Assembly (NCBI GenBank): GCA_000165425.1
Contig: CT868540.1
Location: 682,001 to 746,000, forward strand
Length of the DNA stretch: 64,000 bases
Source of the DNA: Paramecium tetraurelia
Taxonomy: Eukaryota
Direction of reading: 5' to 3'
Below the pieces are notes generated by a model. It was given only the letters and a program-made list of their open reading frames with translations, had not been told where the DNA came from and made no database searches. Each line of letters starts with the position of its first letter. Positions within the stretch are counted from its first letter, which is position 1. Below, piece after piece: positions 26,455-37,347 of this stretch. A program made the position numbers and the translations under genes.

Positions 26455-28039
26455 TCAATAATGCAACCAATGCGCTTAATTGTTAACCATCGTAAAATAT
26501 ATATGTCTGCGCAACTTACTTATTTTTTTTTTATCCTTATAGTCGTCATTCTTTTTCTAATCAACCTTTATCTCCAAAGCCTCTTTCTTTATCTCTTCCT
26601 TTCTTATCTCAAAATCTATTTGGTTCATATCTTTTTTCCACTCCTTAAGTACCAAAAGGGAATTATAGATGCAATGTATTCCACAATCGTAACCATTTCT
26701 CTGCTATTCAATATCTTTTATTCTATTTAGCTTTCTTTTATCTGTTATTTTTATGCGAGGAAATAAGTCATTAATATTCTTGATTGCTACTTCCTATTAA
26801 TGTTCAGTGAAATGGTTAGGTATTGAATCCAACAAATATATAGTTCCCTCTTCCTTCTAATTCTGTTCCAAAACTAAAACAACAAAATGAGATCTTCCAA
26901 TATTCAAAGCAAATATGTATCTATTCTTATTATTATTAATATCTATGTTATATTTTTTCTAGTATGACATCCAAAATTCTTTTGAGTAATATTATTGTTC
27001 AAAGATGTCACTAGAAAATATATCTGCAGAATCGCAAGAGTTTATCACATAATTTTGGTATTTTGAATCTCCAATGTTGTCACACTCATGTAATCTTATT
27101 ATTTCACTACTTGCATAATATAGGTAGTAATCTATAACCTTTTGATTAATCCATCTCCCCTCAAATATAGTTTGGAATACATAATAATCAATAGAATTGT
27201 CCGCCTGATAACAAATGGGCAATACAGTTTTTTCATTATCCCTAGTCACACACTTTATCGTATTTTCTGGGAGAGTAACAATCTTAACTTGACCTTAGTA
27301 AAACCCATCTCGAAACACTGCACTTATTTTATAGTTAGGATTGGAAAAGGTTCCTTCACCTACGGGAGCCAATCTGTCATTAATTTCCCCTTTGTATTGA
27401 GATTGCATCATTAATGTATTTATGTTCGGTATATACTTCTCTATCGCAAAATTTAACTCAAAACAATTGTTTCCGTTGTATATTACTTTAGTAGGAATTT
27501 AAATCGGTATCCCTGTTTCGCTAAATCTTCCTTTCAGTCTAATAGAAATAAATATAATATATATACATATTTTAGTTTGGCAACAAAAGAAGGCTTTCTC
27601 CAAAGTAATCAAAATTACCCTGCTTATTCTACTCATCCTTTGGAAGATTAACTTTTGGCAAGTCGAATTGATTCTCAATATGCACAACTTTATAAATTGT
27701 TTTTGTTATTTTTCTTAAACTATTTAGAGGTTAAAATTCGATTGTGCGTGGTGCATCATATTCATTAATGTAAATGAACAATTTAAAATCTTGGTCTTTT
27801 ATTAGGAAAGAAATTTTGAAGGTTTTATTTGACTGTTTGCACTCCCTACAAATTTTTTCATACAATCCATTATATTTCGAGTTTAAAAGAAATAACTATT
27901 CAGAATGCTTTTCATTTATGGCTTATTGAAAAAGATTGTATCTTTCACCTAATTCTTATTCTGATTTCACTCGATAAGCTTTATAGGAATCAAGCAAGGA
28001 ATTTAGTTTTTACATTGTTGGAGTCATCAAAATATACAT
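26455..28039 (-). CDS. MORN-like plus Ulp1/SENP (peptidase C48) fusion protein, copy 2
   Basis: YKGEINDRLAPVGEGTF is MORN-like. C48 motifs: IFEGRWINQKVIDYY, LNIGRSHFVVLV (His ~26888), YLLDSI, QQRNGYDCGIHC (Cys ~26684) and the terminal helix ISKLRRHI. Intron at 27539-27566. Confidence 0.8.
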
Positions 28040-28070
28040 ATATTTAATATCAAAAGAAAAAATTATTAAT

Positions 28071-28902
28071 ATGTCATTATCTTAGAGGATCACAGTGACC
28101 CAAAAGGGAAGGGAACTACAGGAATAACTGAGAGAATAAAACAGACAACCCTAAAAACCAGTCCAAGTCAAAGAAAGTTAAGGTAAACTAAAAACATTAA
28201 TTGATAGATAGTTTGGCTCATTTCTTTGATAAAGAGCTTAAAGCATAAGACCAGCTAGATAATTATGCATCTTTAATGCAAAATAGGTTAAAGTCTCCAG
28301 AATAAATTATCGAATTTCTTGAGACTAAATTTTAGAAACAACCTTTATTTGTTTAAAAGGAAATGCAGAAGGTAGGATAAAGAATCTATCACTATGGAAA
28401 TAGAGATATCCATTCGCAAGCAGTTTTGCCTTAGTTAGATTTTAGACAGAAGCAATACATGAAAAATAAATATGCGAATTACAGTGAGAATATATCATCG
28501 AGATAATCAAGTATACATAAATCATTAAGTATAGAACATAGAGTAGAGGAAGGATTGACAAAAAAAATTAATTTCATGTTGTTTTAGGAAGGAAAGATAG
28601 AGAGAATGATCACAAAGTATGAGAAATTCAATGAAAAGGCTAAATTAATACCGTAATATCGGAAAGACGACAAGAAAGGAGAAGACTTTATGAAATAATT
28701 GCTTTAAAGAATGGATGCAGGATAAGAAACAAGAGTGGAATCCCTTGAAGAAATAAAAAAATAGCATAAAGCAGAATTAAGTTTACTTGAATATTAGAAT
28801 CTATAGAAGGAAAGACTAAGATAAACTATGTCAGATTTGCATAAATCAAGATATGGTAAATATTGGAATAAACTAAAATTGTCATCCACAACAGATAAAT
28901 GA
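28071..28902 (+). CDS. Hypothetical protein (~270 aa)
   Basis: MSLSQRITVTQKGRELQEQLREQ...DLHKSRYGKYWNKLKLSSTTDK*. One 24-nt intron. Confidence 0.7.
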
Positions 28903-28955
28903 TAACATTGTTTTTGTAAGAATTATGACTTATAAATTATTGTTTTATTATACTA

Positions 28956-30066
28956 TCATATGTTTGGAATCATTAACTCATTAATTTTCTCAGCTCCCTA
29001 AATGAATTTTCCAATGTGTTGTTCCAATAACCCTTTGCTACCTGAGATTTCTTGAGCCACTTGCTTAATGTTTGGTTACAGTTAATGCAATAACACTTGT
29101 TAATCCTCAACGTATTTAAGTTATGAAACCCAAAAATCCTATTGCTAATAATAGATATGTACATGGGTTCTTTGATAGCTTTCTAATTCAACCTTTCTGC
29201 CTGCAAATTCTTTGTCGATTCTTTCAAATTCTACTGCTGATTGATCCTTTTTTTTTTAATTTTCAATACCTGAAACGGAAAAGTGAATCTATTTAGTTGT
29301 CTATATATATACCCAATCAGCAATATCCAAAAATGCTTTTGTGTATTGAGGATCTTAGAAGACCTTCTAAAATTAAGGATCAGCCTTCATCTCCAATAAT
29401 AAGTTTTCTTTCTCTTGACTTACTCCTTTAAATTAAAAGTTAGCTAATCTACTTTAAAAGTCAGCCCCTTTATCTTAATCAAAACTGAAAATCTAATTAA
29501 TGAATAATACACTTTCTTTTTGAAATCAGCCCAATTGAATTTGCCTTGATCCTCATTGTATATGATGTGGAACAATTTCGACATGAATTAATCCATTCCT
29601 TGTGGTAATTGACCTATTTTATTCAGTTCTTTTGAATCAATCTGTATAAGTTGAAATAACTGATTACTTTTGAACAAGTTTCTTTCATAGCACTTGAAAT
29701 TGAATCTATGGCTTTTTGAATAGCAGCCAATTCATCTTTCTTACCTTTTTTATAGGTTTCACTTTTTTTGAGTTTTTCCTAAATATAAAAATAGGACATA
29801 CCTATTCAGATTATATTTTATCTATTAGCTGTTTGACAGTTCTACTTATCACTGTTTTTTTTTCAACTAGCTCTTCTGTTAATTCATCACTTTGATTAAT
29901 AATCCTAAAATAGAAATTAACATGACTTTTCAAAATCTTCTGCTTCTTTCTTTAAATACTCATCTGTCTTAAAAAGATGATCACTGAGTTGTGGAACATA
30001 TGTTTGAGATAGGTAATCATGGAGGACTTTTGCTTTTGCATCGTTTGTTAAAATGACTTCTTACAT
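28956..30066 (-). CDS. ~320 aa protein resembling a stand-alone dynein stalk (coiled coil - microtubule-binding domain - coiled coil)
   Basis: Six tiny introns give a clean ORF. The core reads SAMKETCSK^IDSKELNKIGQLPQGMDQFMSKLFHIIY...NWADFKKKV^FDQDKGADFQSRLANFQFKGVSQEKENLLLEMKADPQF...TKAFLDIADW^IHFSV. Confidence 0.6.
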
Positions 30067-30114
30067 CGATATAATTGCAGAAAATAAATTTAATTTAAAA
30101 TAAAACAATTAAAA

Positions 30115-31275
30115 ATGGGTAATTAATAATAAAGCGAATCTTAAAGTGAGTTTCTAGAAAAGAAATTAGATCCCAACTATGGAGAAATTAGTATCTATAA
30201 GAATAAAGCTAACAACTTAATATTTGCTGAAATTAAATAGGTTTTCTTAAGTGATACATCAGTCGAATCAATAAAAGCCAGTTTAGTAAAAAGGTAATCT
30301 GTTGAATTTAAGCAAGATTGCAATTGAATCATAAATGCTTGGTTAAAATATTATCATTTGATAGTGGAAATATGGATGACTTCTGCAGCTCATATGTAGT
30401 ATTAACAATAACAGTTGAATACTTGAATGACACTTTACATAATGACATCCTTCTCAGAAAGATTCATAAGACCACATATTCAGAACAAGAGCTCTGCTAC
30501 ATTATATATGAGATCTCAAATCTATGCCATTATATGAAGACGATGAATAATGAAATAATCGATATTTACCCATCAAGGATCCTAATTGATGATCAAAGAT
30601 AAATCAAATACTTTGATTAGTTTCTTGAAAATTCAAGACTTAGCAATTATTATTCGGTTCTCTTTAATCAAAGAGACTTGGAGTATGTAGCTCCAGAACA
30701 GCTGATTCTCTTAACAACTCGAGATAAAAATGACACTACAGATTAAGAATTAGTAAACATCTTTTGTCTCGGCCTTATGATGGTCAGCCTAATTAGTGGA
30801 TAACGATGTGTTGAATTTTACAATCAAGAGAAACTATTGTTTAAAAAAGACTATGTAGATCAATTAATAAACAAATATTGTTTGAGATACCAATATAGCG
30901 ATTTCTTCAAATCAACTATTCAATCCATGCTCAAATTGCATAATGATGGCAGACCCAACTATTAAAGTCTATTGTAGATTCTACATCCGCATTAAGATAG
31001 TTTTGCTACCTTCCTTAATCCGATTGGGAAGTAAAGAGGTATCAACGTTGCTTATGTTAGAAATGTTGGAGTCCCAATTACATTCGTTTCACACTCAAGG
31101 TTCTCCTTCTAAATCTCGTATTTCAGGATTTGATCCAGTGGATTTCAGCGAAATCGATAAAAGAATTAAGACTGCTAGATAGAAGGCATAAAACACTTTA
31201 GATGAAATAGGACTAGATTTGAGACTGAATAATTTTGCCACAACACAAATAAACATTATTGAGGCAAGTGAATGA
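30115..31275 (+). CDS. N-myristoylation-type (MGNQQ) protein kinase-fold pseudokinase
   Basis: Kinase-like segments LNHKCLVKIL, VEYLNDTL, YSEQELCYII, YVAPEQL, NIFCLGL and ML..GRP are present. There is no GxGxxG, HRD is replaced (NEIIDIYPSRI) and DFG is replaced (KYFDQ). Confidence 0.75.
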
Positions 31276-31315
31276 TTTTAGCATTTTATTAAATCAAATT
31301 TTATTAAAAATTATA

Positions 31316-33654
31316 ATGTAACGATAAGACTAATAAAAGAATCAGGAAATGATTGTTAAATTCCTTAACTTTTGTGCTACTTTGATTTAAAAGAATGTGA
31401 AGGGATACATTTAGAGATAGAGACATAAAATTATTATGATGCATATCAGAAGATTCAAGGCTATTTTAAATGGATTCATTCAAGGTTAATCATCTATTCC
31501 ATTTTATTAGGATATAGGACAAGATAAATAATGAAAGTTCCTGATGTGGCCAAGTTGAGATAAAATATTATCGAAACTGATGATGGAAGTACATATATAA
31601 ATAAATATAACAAGCATATGGAAATCCCTAAATAAGATAAAAAAAGATAACCTTGATTAGAATGATCGATAATTATTTGCAGAATGGTCAATTCTATAAA
31701 AAACTAAAAAGAGTCAAAAGTTCTTAAAAATAATTCGTACGTAATCAATGGATGGATAACGAATTTGTTAATTAAGACTAAAACTACTAATAAAATTATT
31801 ACAAAAAACCTTCAAAATAACAACCCAAACAAAATTAAGTCGAACAATAATATTACGATTAATTAATTCAAAACGAATATACAGAACAGCCATAGGCATA
31901 TTATCAAGAGTATATGTAATAGCAATCATAAATTCGTGATAAAAGTCATTCTAACTCAAACTTATCAGGATAATATAATTAATCTTAAAGATATGATTAT
32001 TATTAAGATGAAAGACCAATTAAATCGAAAAATCAAAACAATTATCAGCCTCAAGAAAGGATAACCCCTGAACGGAATTCATATGATGATGATAGACCAA
32101 TATGTGGAAAAGGCAAGTACTAATACCAAGAGGACGATAGACCAATAAATGGAAAGAACAATAACACATAGAATTTTTATGAAGATGAAAGACCTATAAA
32201 TGCAAAAAATAATAATAATTATTATGAAGATGAGAGACCAATAACTGCCAAAACCAAAAACACATACAACCAATATGAGGATGAAAGACCTATCAAATCT
32301 GGAAAAGATAAATATTAATTAGATTAGGAATAGTTTCCAAATGATGACAGACCAATAGCTAGCACAGGAAAATATTAATAATATGAAGACGAAAGACCAT
32401 TAGGAGGGGGTAAAGGATAATATAATCTACCTGTTGATGATATGCCCATTAGTGGGAAGGGTACTTATGGTGAGTTTGAAGAAGAAGCAGAAGCTCCTCC
32501 TAAGAGATAAAAGTAACCACCTAAGAAAAAAAAGGATTAGAAAAAGGAGAATAAATAAATGGATGTTCCATAAAAGGATATCTATGATAATTAAAATGAA
32601 AATGAACCACCTTTTGGAAGAGTTTAAAATGAAGATTAAAATGATCAGGAGAAACCAAAACCAAAAAAGAAAGATCCTAAACTCTTGGAAAATCTCAAAA
32701 AGAGGACTAAATATGATCCAAGAAAAGCAATCTAAGAAGCTAAGAAAAAACAAGAAGAACAATAATAACTAGAATCAGTGGATGTTGAAGAAGTGATAGA
32801 AGAGAAGGAAGTTATACCATAACAATAATAATAAATACCCTCTAAAAAGTAAGTGTTATCATAAAAAAATCTGTAAGAGAAACAATCATTATCATCACCA
32901 AAATCAAGTAAAAATAATCTTAGTGCTACTCCTGAAAAACAAACACCCAGAAAAGAATAAATTGAAGAAGGCTCTCCTAAAGATGATGGTTCAGATCAAA
33001 AACCAAAAAACTTTTTAAAAAGAAAATCTAAATAGATCCCATTAAAAAATCCAAAAGTAGATCCTAAAACGGTTAAATCAAAAGTTAAAAATTGTTGGAA
33101 TGCTGGAAATACTATAGAAGATCCAGAACTTGATGGTACTGAAGACATTCCCTAGAGTCCTAAAGCCTATATTAACAATAAATCTCCCTCTAGAAGATTT
33201 GAATAAAAGGGATCAGATTTACCATTAAATTACTAATAATAATTATTATAATAATAATAGCTAATATAACAATAACAATAGATTTAACAGAATAAGTCAT
33301 AGGGTCCATTACATGTATAGGTTTAATTAGTGCAAGAGAATCAATCCTAATTTTAAATCAATCCCAGTCAACAAGCTAATCAATAGTAAAAAAGGCAGTC
33401 GATTCAACTTGACGAATTGGAAAGAGCGTATTATTCAAAGTATACTTAAAAATTAGACAGTATTTGAATTGATTAATAATCTAGCTACTAAAATGAATCT
33501 TAAGGTTTTGGATCAAGAGAGATTAGAAAATCCGAGAGGAGTTCCAATAATTACAACAAAATCCAGATTTTTTACTTCATTCAGAGTTAACGATTTCGAA
33601 AGACTCTTGGCATAGTTAGAAGAATAATATAACAAATTGCAAATATAAAAATGA
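31316..33654 (+). CDS. IQ-motif protein with tandem D[DE]RPI peptide repeats and an FLKR motif
   Basis: IQ-like ATLIQKNVKGYIQRQR and ILNGFIQG^YRTRQ; nine repeat units at 32005-32450; KPKNFLKRKS at ~33010; TGA at 33652-33654. Confidence 0.75.
32005..32450 (+). repeat. Coding degenerate tandem repeat GA(T/C)GA(A/G/T/C)AGACC(A/T)AT, encoding nine D[DE]RP[IL]-type units
   Basis: QDERPI, DDDRPI, EDDRPI, EDERPI x3, NDDRPI, EDERPL and VDDMPI. Confidence 0.85.
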
Positions 33655-33693
33655 TAAATAAATTATTATTATTAACTGTTATATTAAATTTGA

Positions 33694-34490
33694 ATGGAAT
33701 AAGAAATAATAGACTGGGCAAATACATTTGAAAACACAAAGAGTATTGATGATCTAAAAACAGGTATCTTTTGATAAAAATCCAAGGTGTTGCATTGTGT
33801 TAGATAATATCGAAAGAATTATTTTAAGACAAAAGATAATGTGAATTAAAGATAAGAGTAATAAATTGCACCAAACAGGACTACTAAAGTTGTATAAGGA
33901 ATTTAACATTTGCATTGTCTTTGTTAGAGGAAAGCCAATAGATATCAGTGAAGCATTTAACTGGATAAATGCTATACCAAAATCCATTAAAGATTTTTTA
34001 GATTCTCCAATAATTTTATAGGTCGAAATCTGTATCATCAGCCTCATCAAAACCACCAAAAGCACCTCAAAAATAAGACGATCCGTTATTCTATGTTGAT
34101 GAAAACTTAGTATAACCAAATTAATCAATCCAGATCACTTCTAATGAAGAAATCGTTGCAAACAAATACAAAATGATTAAACCCAATAGCCCTTATTAGG
34201 AGATTAACAACTATCAATAAAGATCATAAACACATTAAACAGAATATGCGGAAACTTCAAATCGATCCAAACCATAAAATTAATCAAGTGATTCAATTAG
34301 CAATTTGACACCAATTAAATCTAATAACAAAGAGTCATACAATTAGAAATTAAAGCAGGAACTATAAGTTTTAGAGAATCAAATAGTAAAAGAATAATAG
34401 AATCTCTAATAAAAAAAAATTAGAGATAACAAGTCTAAACATAGTTAGGAAAGCTTAAGTTAACATGAATTAGTAAATTAAGATTTCAAT

Positions 34491-34530
<40 letters not shown>

Positions 34531-36628
34531 AATACTAATAGTAATAATAATAATAATAGTAATAATAATAAAATTCTATTACTAGTGAATAGAAATAATA
34601 ATTAATCGATTGGCTTAAATAAATACGATTAATTAAATCAAATGCATAAGGATTGGAAAATAAATTACCAAAAATCTGTAAAAATGGAGTCATTTTTTTT
34701 GATTTAATTAATAGACTGACTGGCAGAGATGAGGTTTTAAAAGGAGCTTTAAGAAATCCAAAAAGTGTTAGAGAAATCAGACATAATTATAGACGAGTTC
34801 TTGAGTATTTAAAATAACTTGAAAGAATGAGCTACAAATACTTAAATTCAGAATAATAATTGGTTGATGGAGATGAGGAAGCCTTTTGGGGTTTAATGCA
34901 TGATATAAAAGTGTATTATGCTAATTGTGGAAATGTAGCTATTGCAAATCATTCTTAATCTGTTGATACCTCATTGAGATAGACTTAAAAATAATAACCA
35001 GTTTAATAAAATACGTAATCATTTTAATAGCATTCTTAATCTAAATTACAATAACAAATCACACTTTCTTAGAAAAAGCAGTAGCATAAACATTCCTTTG
35101 TAGATACTTAATTAGAAATCACAATAGATTAGCCTCAATAGTCAAAATCTGTAAAGCCTAGCACTGCAAACAGATCACCCGTGGGTCCCTATTCAAGAAT
35201 CCATAATATGAAATAAGAATATGATAGTGTCAATAGATCTTTGAATTCTCTAATGAAAAAATCAAATATTGGCTCTTAAAATGGCACTCCTGTTAATTAG
35301 TCTCTGTAGCATTCTAGAAATTTCAGCAGCTCAAAATAATAAAAAGCCAGATCTACATCAATGAGCAAAAATTGTGTGACTAGAGAGATGGAATTGTATG
35401 TTTAAACTTATTTTAAATAAAAAGGTCTTTATAATAATGATAAGTATGTTCTTTATTATATTTAGTCTGTTTACAGATCCTATTCGCAATGGAAATTATT
35501 TACTATAATTATTAGAATAGCCAATTACTCATAATAACTTTAAGTCTATTTTAGAAGTTGAATTCAATGTGGATACTGCCTTATAAGCAACAAAAGCCAT
35601 AGTCGATGCTGGAAATTTACCAGCATGGATTGGAAAACTAAATAAATCAAGCGTAATGTAGTTAGATAAATCAGCTATGGGTTTATATTGGTGGCTATTA
35701 AAATAATAAACCAAAAAGATAGAACCAATTACTAATTCCTTTACACTGCCCTACAGATAAGAAGAGATAGACTAATTAAAACTGATGACCCTTCACTTTG
35801 CTCGAGAATACACATCTACAATATAAAATTTTAATGATTTAATTTTCTAATGTTAAACTGGAATTTTGTTATGTTAAGTTGAAACCGAAGTATTTCAATA
35901 GAAAATTACTCCTATTTATACTAAACCAATTGGAGAAAAACAATGCATTGCAAATATTAGAAAGGCTTTGGATTATTTAAAAGGAAAACCAGTAGGGCAA
36001 AGATTTGTTTGGTCTGAAAAATTAATATATGAAGGAGATTAACTAATAATTCTGGGTTTGTTTGAGGACTTAAGGAGATACTTTGATGGCCTGCCTCAAA
36101 GGCAAGGGGATTCATATTTTGAAGATGGCCCTTACCTAAAAAAATCTATTGTTTAAAGCAAGGGAGGCTCTAAAATAGGAAATTTAATTTAGTAAGAGCC
36201 TTTTTCTCTCATTTAAAAAGAAAGTAGCTTTACTTAACCATAATAAGTAAACAAAAAATTAATTTTTGATGATCCTCCCTAATTCGAATGGCTCAATAAC
36301 TTTGGTTACAAAATCAATTGGAATAATGAGATTTTAGAAGAATTCAAGGATGGGTAATTATTATAAATAATTTACTAGTTTAATCATTTGCTTCATAGTA
36401 TAAAAACTTGAAAACATCTAATTTAAAGGATTATAACCTAAACCGAATACTAATGCAGGTTGTTTGGTAAATATAAGAAAGGCTTTCAGTGTTTTGAAAG
36501 ACAAATTAGATATGCCTTTGGAACTTGTTATAGAGTAAGAAAAGTTGCTAAAAGGAGATAAAGAATATATAATAAAACTACTCACTGCTTTCAAAAATAT
36601 TTACAAAAACAAATTAAAAAGTAAATGA
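33694..36628 (+). CDS. Multi-calponin-homology (about 5 CH domains) cytoskeletal protein with a polyQ tract
   Basis: Repeated CH signatures: IIDWAN..DDLKTG^VALCQII; LIDWLKQ..ICKNGVIFFDLINRL..HNYRRVLEYL..LVDGD; DPIRNGNYLLQLL; QCQTGILLCQV..IANIRKALDYL..IYEGD; FEWLNN..EEFKDG..LVNIRKAFSVL..LLKGD. Confidence 0.8.
34491..34571 (+). repeat. (TAA)n microsatellite encoding polyglutamine (table 6) inside the CH-domain gene
   Basis: About 27 in-frame codons, nearly all TAA/TAG with two TAC. Confidence 0.85.
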
Positions 36629-36684
36629 AATTTTCTTTATTTATAAACAATTAACTGAAATATTAATTACATATATTTAAGTAA

Positions 36685-37299
36685 ATGGACATTAACAAAG
36701 TCTTGGAATTAGAAAATGAGAATGTGTTGCTGCGTTCAGAGTTATAATCGTTGTATGAAGAACTTGATTAGTACAGAATAAATTTTACATTTAGAAAATC
36801 TACAGACTAGAAATTAATTGAAGAAAATAATTACTTAAGATAAGAAATACTCTAACTTAATTAAAGGCTATAGCAATCAGAATAGTAAAAATAAGTAATA
36901 ACACTCAAATTGATAGATCAATAAGAACTTAACATTAAATTAAGTAAAACTGTCATGAATTTATAATCCAATATTAATGAGGCATAACCTGATGGTTATT
37001 AAAATGTCAATTAATGCACTCTTTAAAACAATTAGAACAATAACTATGTCTAACAATTATAAGTTTTAAGATAAAGATATTAAAATAAAAATGAATTCGA
37101 TAGTTAATATAAGGATTAAGAAATATAAAAATTATATGTCCAATTATCTGAATTATAAAAACTAAATAATAATAACAGATACACTAAGCCGTTGAATAAA
37201 GAAAATCTGACAAAATCTTAATATAGACCTAGAGGAGTCTCTGAGAACAAGTTTATTAATTTTGAAACTAATCTTGCAGAATCTAGAATATATCGTTGA
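36685..37299 (+). CDS. Hypothetical coiled-coil protein (~195 aa)
   Basis: MDINKVLELENENVLLRSELQSLYEELDQ^KSTDQKLIEENNYLRQEILQLNQRL...ESRIYR*. Confidence 0.7.
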
Positions 37300-37347
37300 T
37301 TAATTTTATTTATTTTAATGCTTATTCTATTTAAATATTGATAATTT

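Noticed and set aside
32005..32450. Regularly spaced short repeats resembling a CRISPR-like array
   Set aside because: The units vary at synonymous positions, keep codon phase and lie inside a eukaryotic ORF. No cas genes are present.
32427..32772. Hydrophobic or basic ORFs in the supplied track (also 17711-17953, 26386-26730, 40205-40432, 44893-45258 and others)
   Set aside because: They are antisense or off-frame shadows of K/E/Q-rich table-6 genes, not independent membrane proteins.
34491..34571. (TAA)n tract as a stop-codon cluster, terminator or telomere-like repeat
   Set aside because: It is in frame within the CH-domain gene and encodes polyQ. It does not resemble Paramecium C4A2/C3A3 telomeric repeats.
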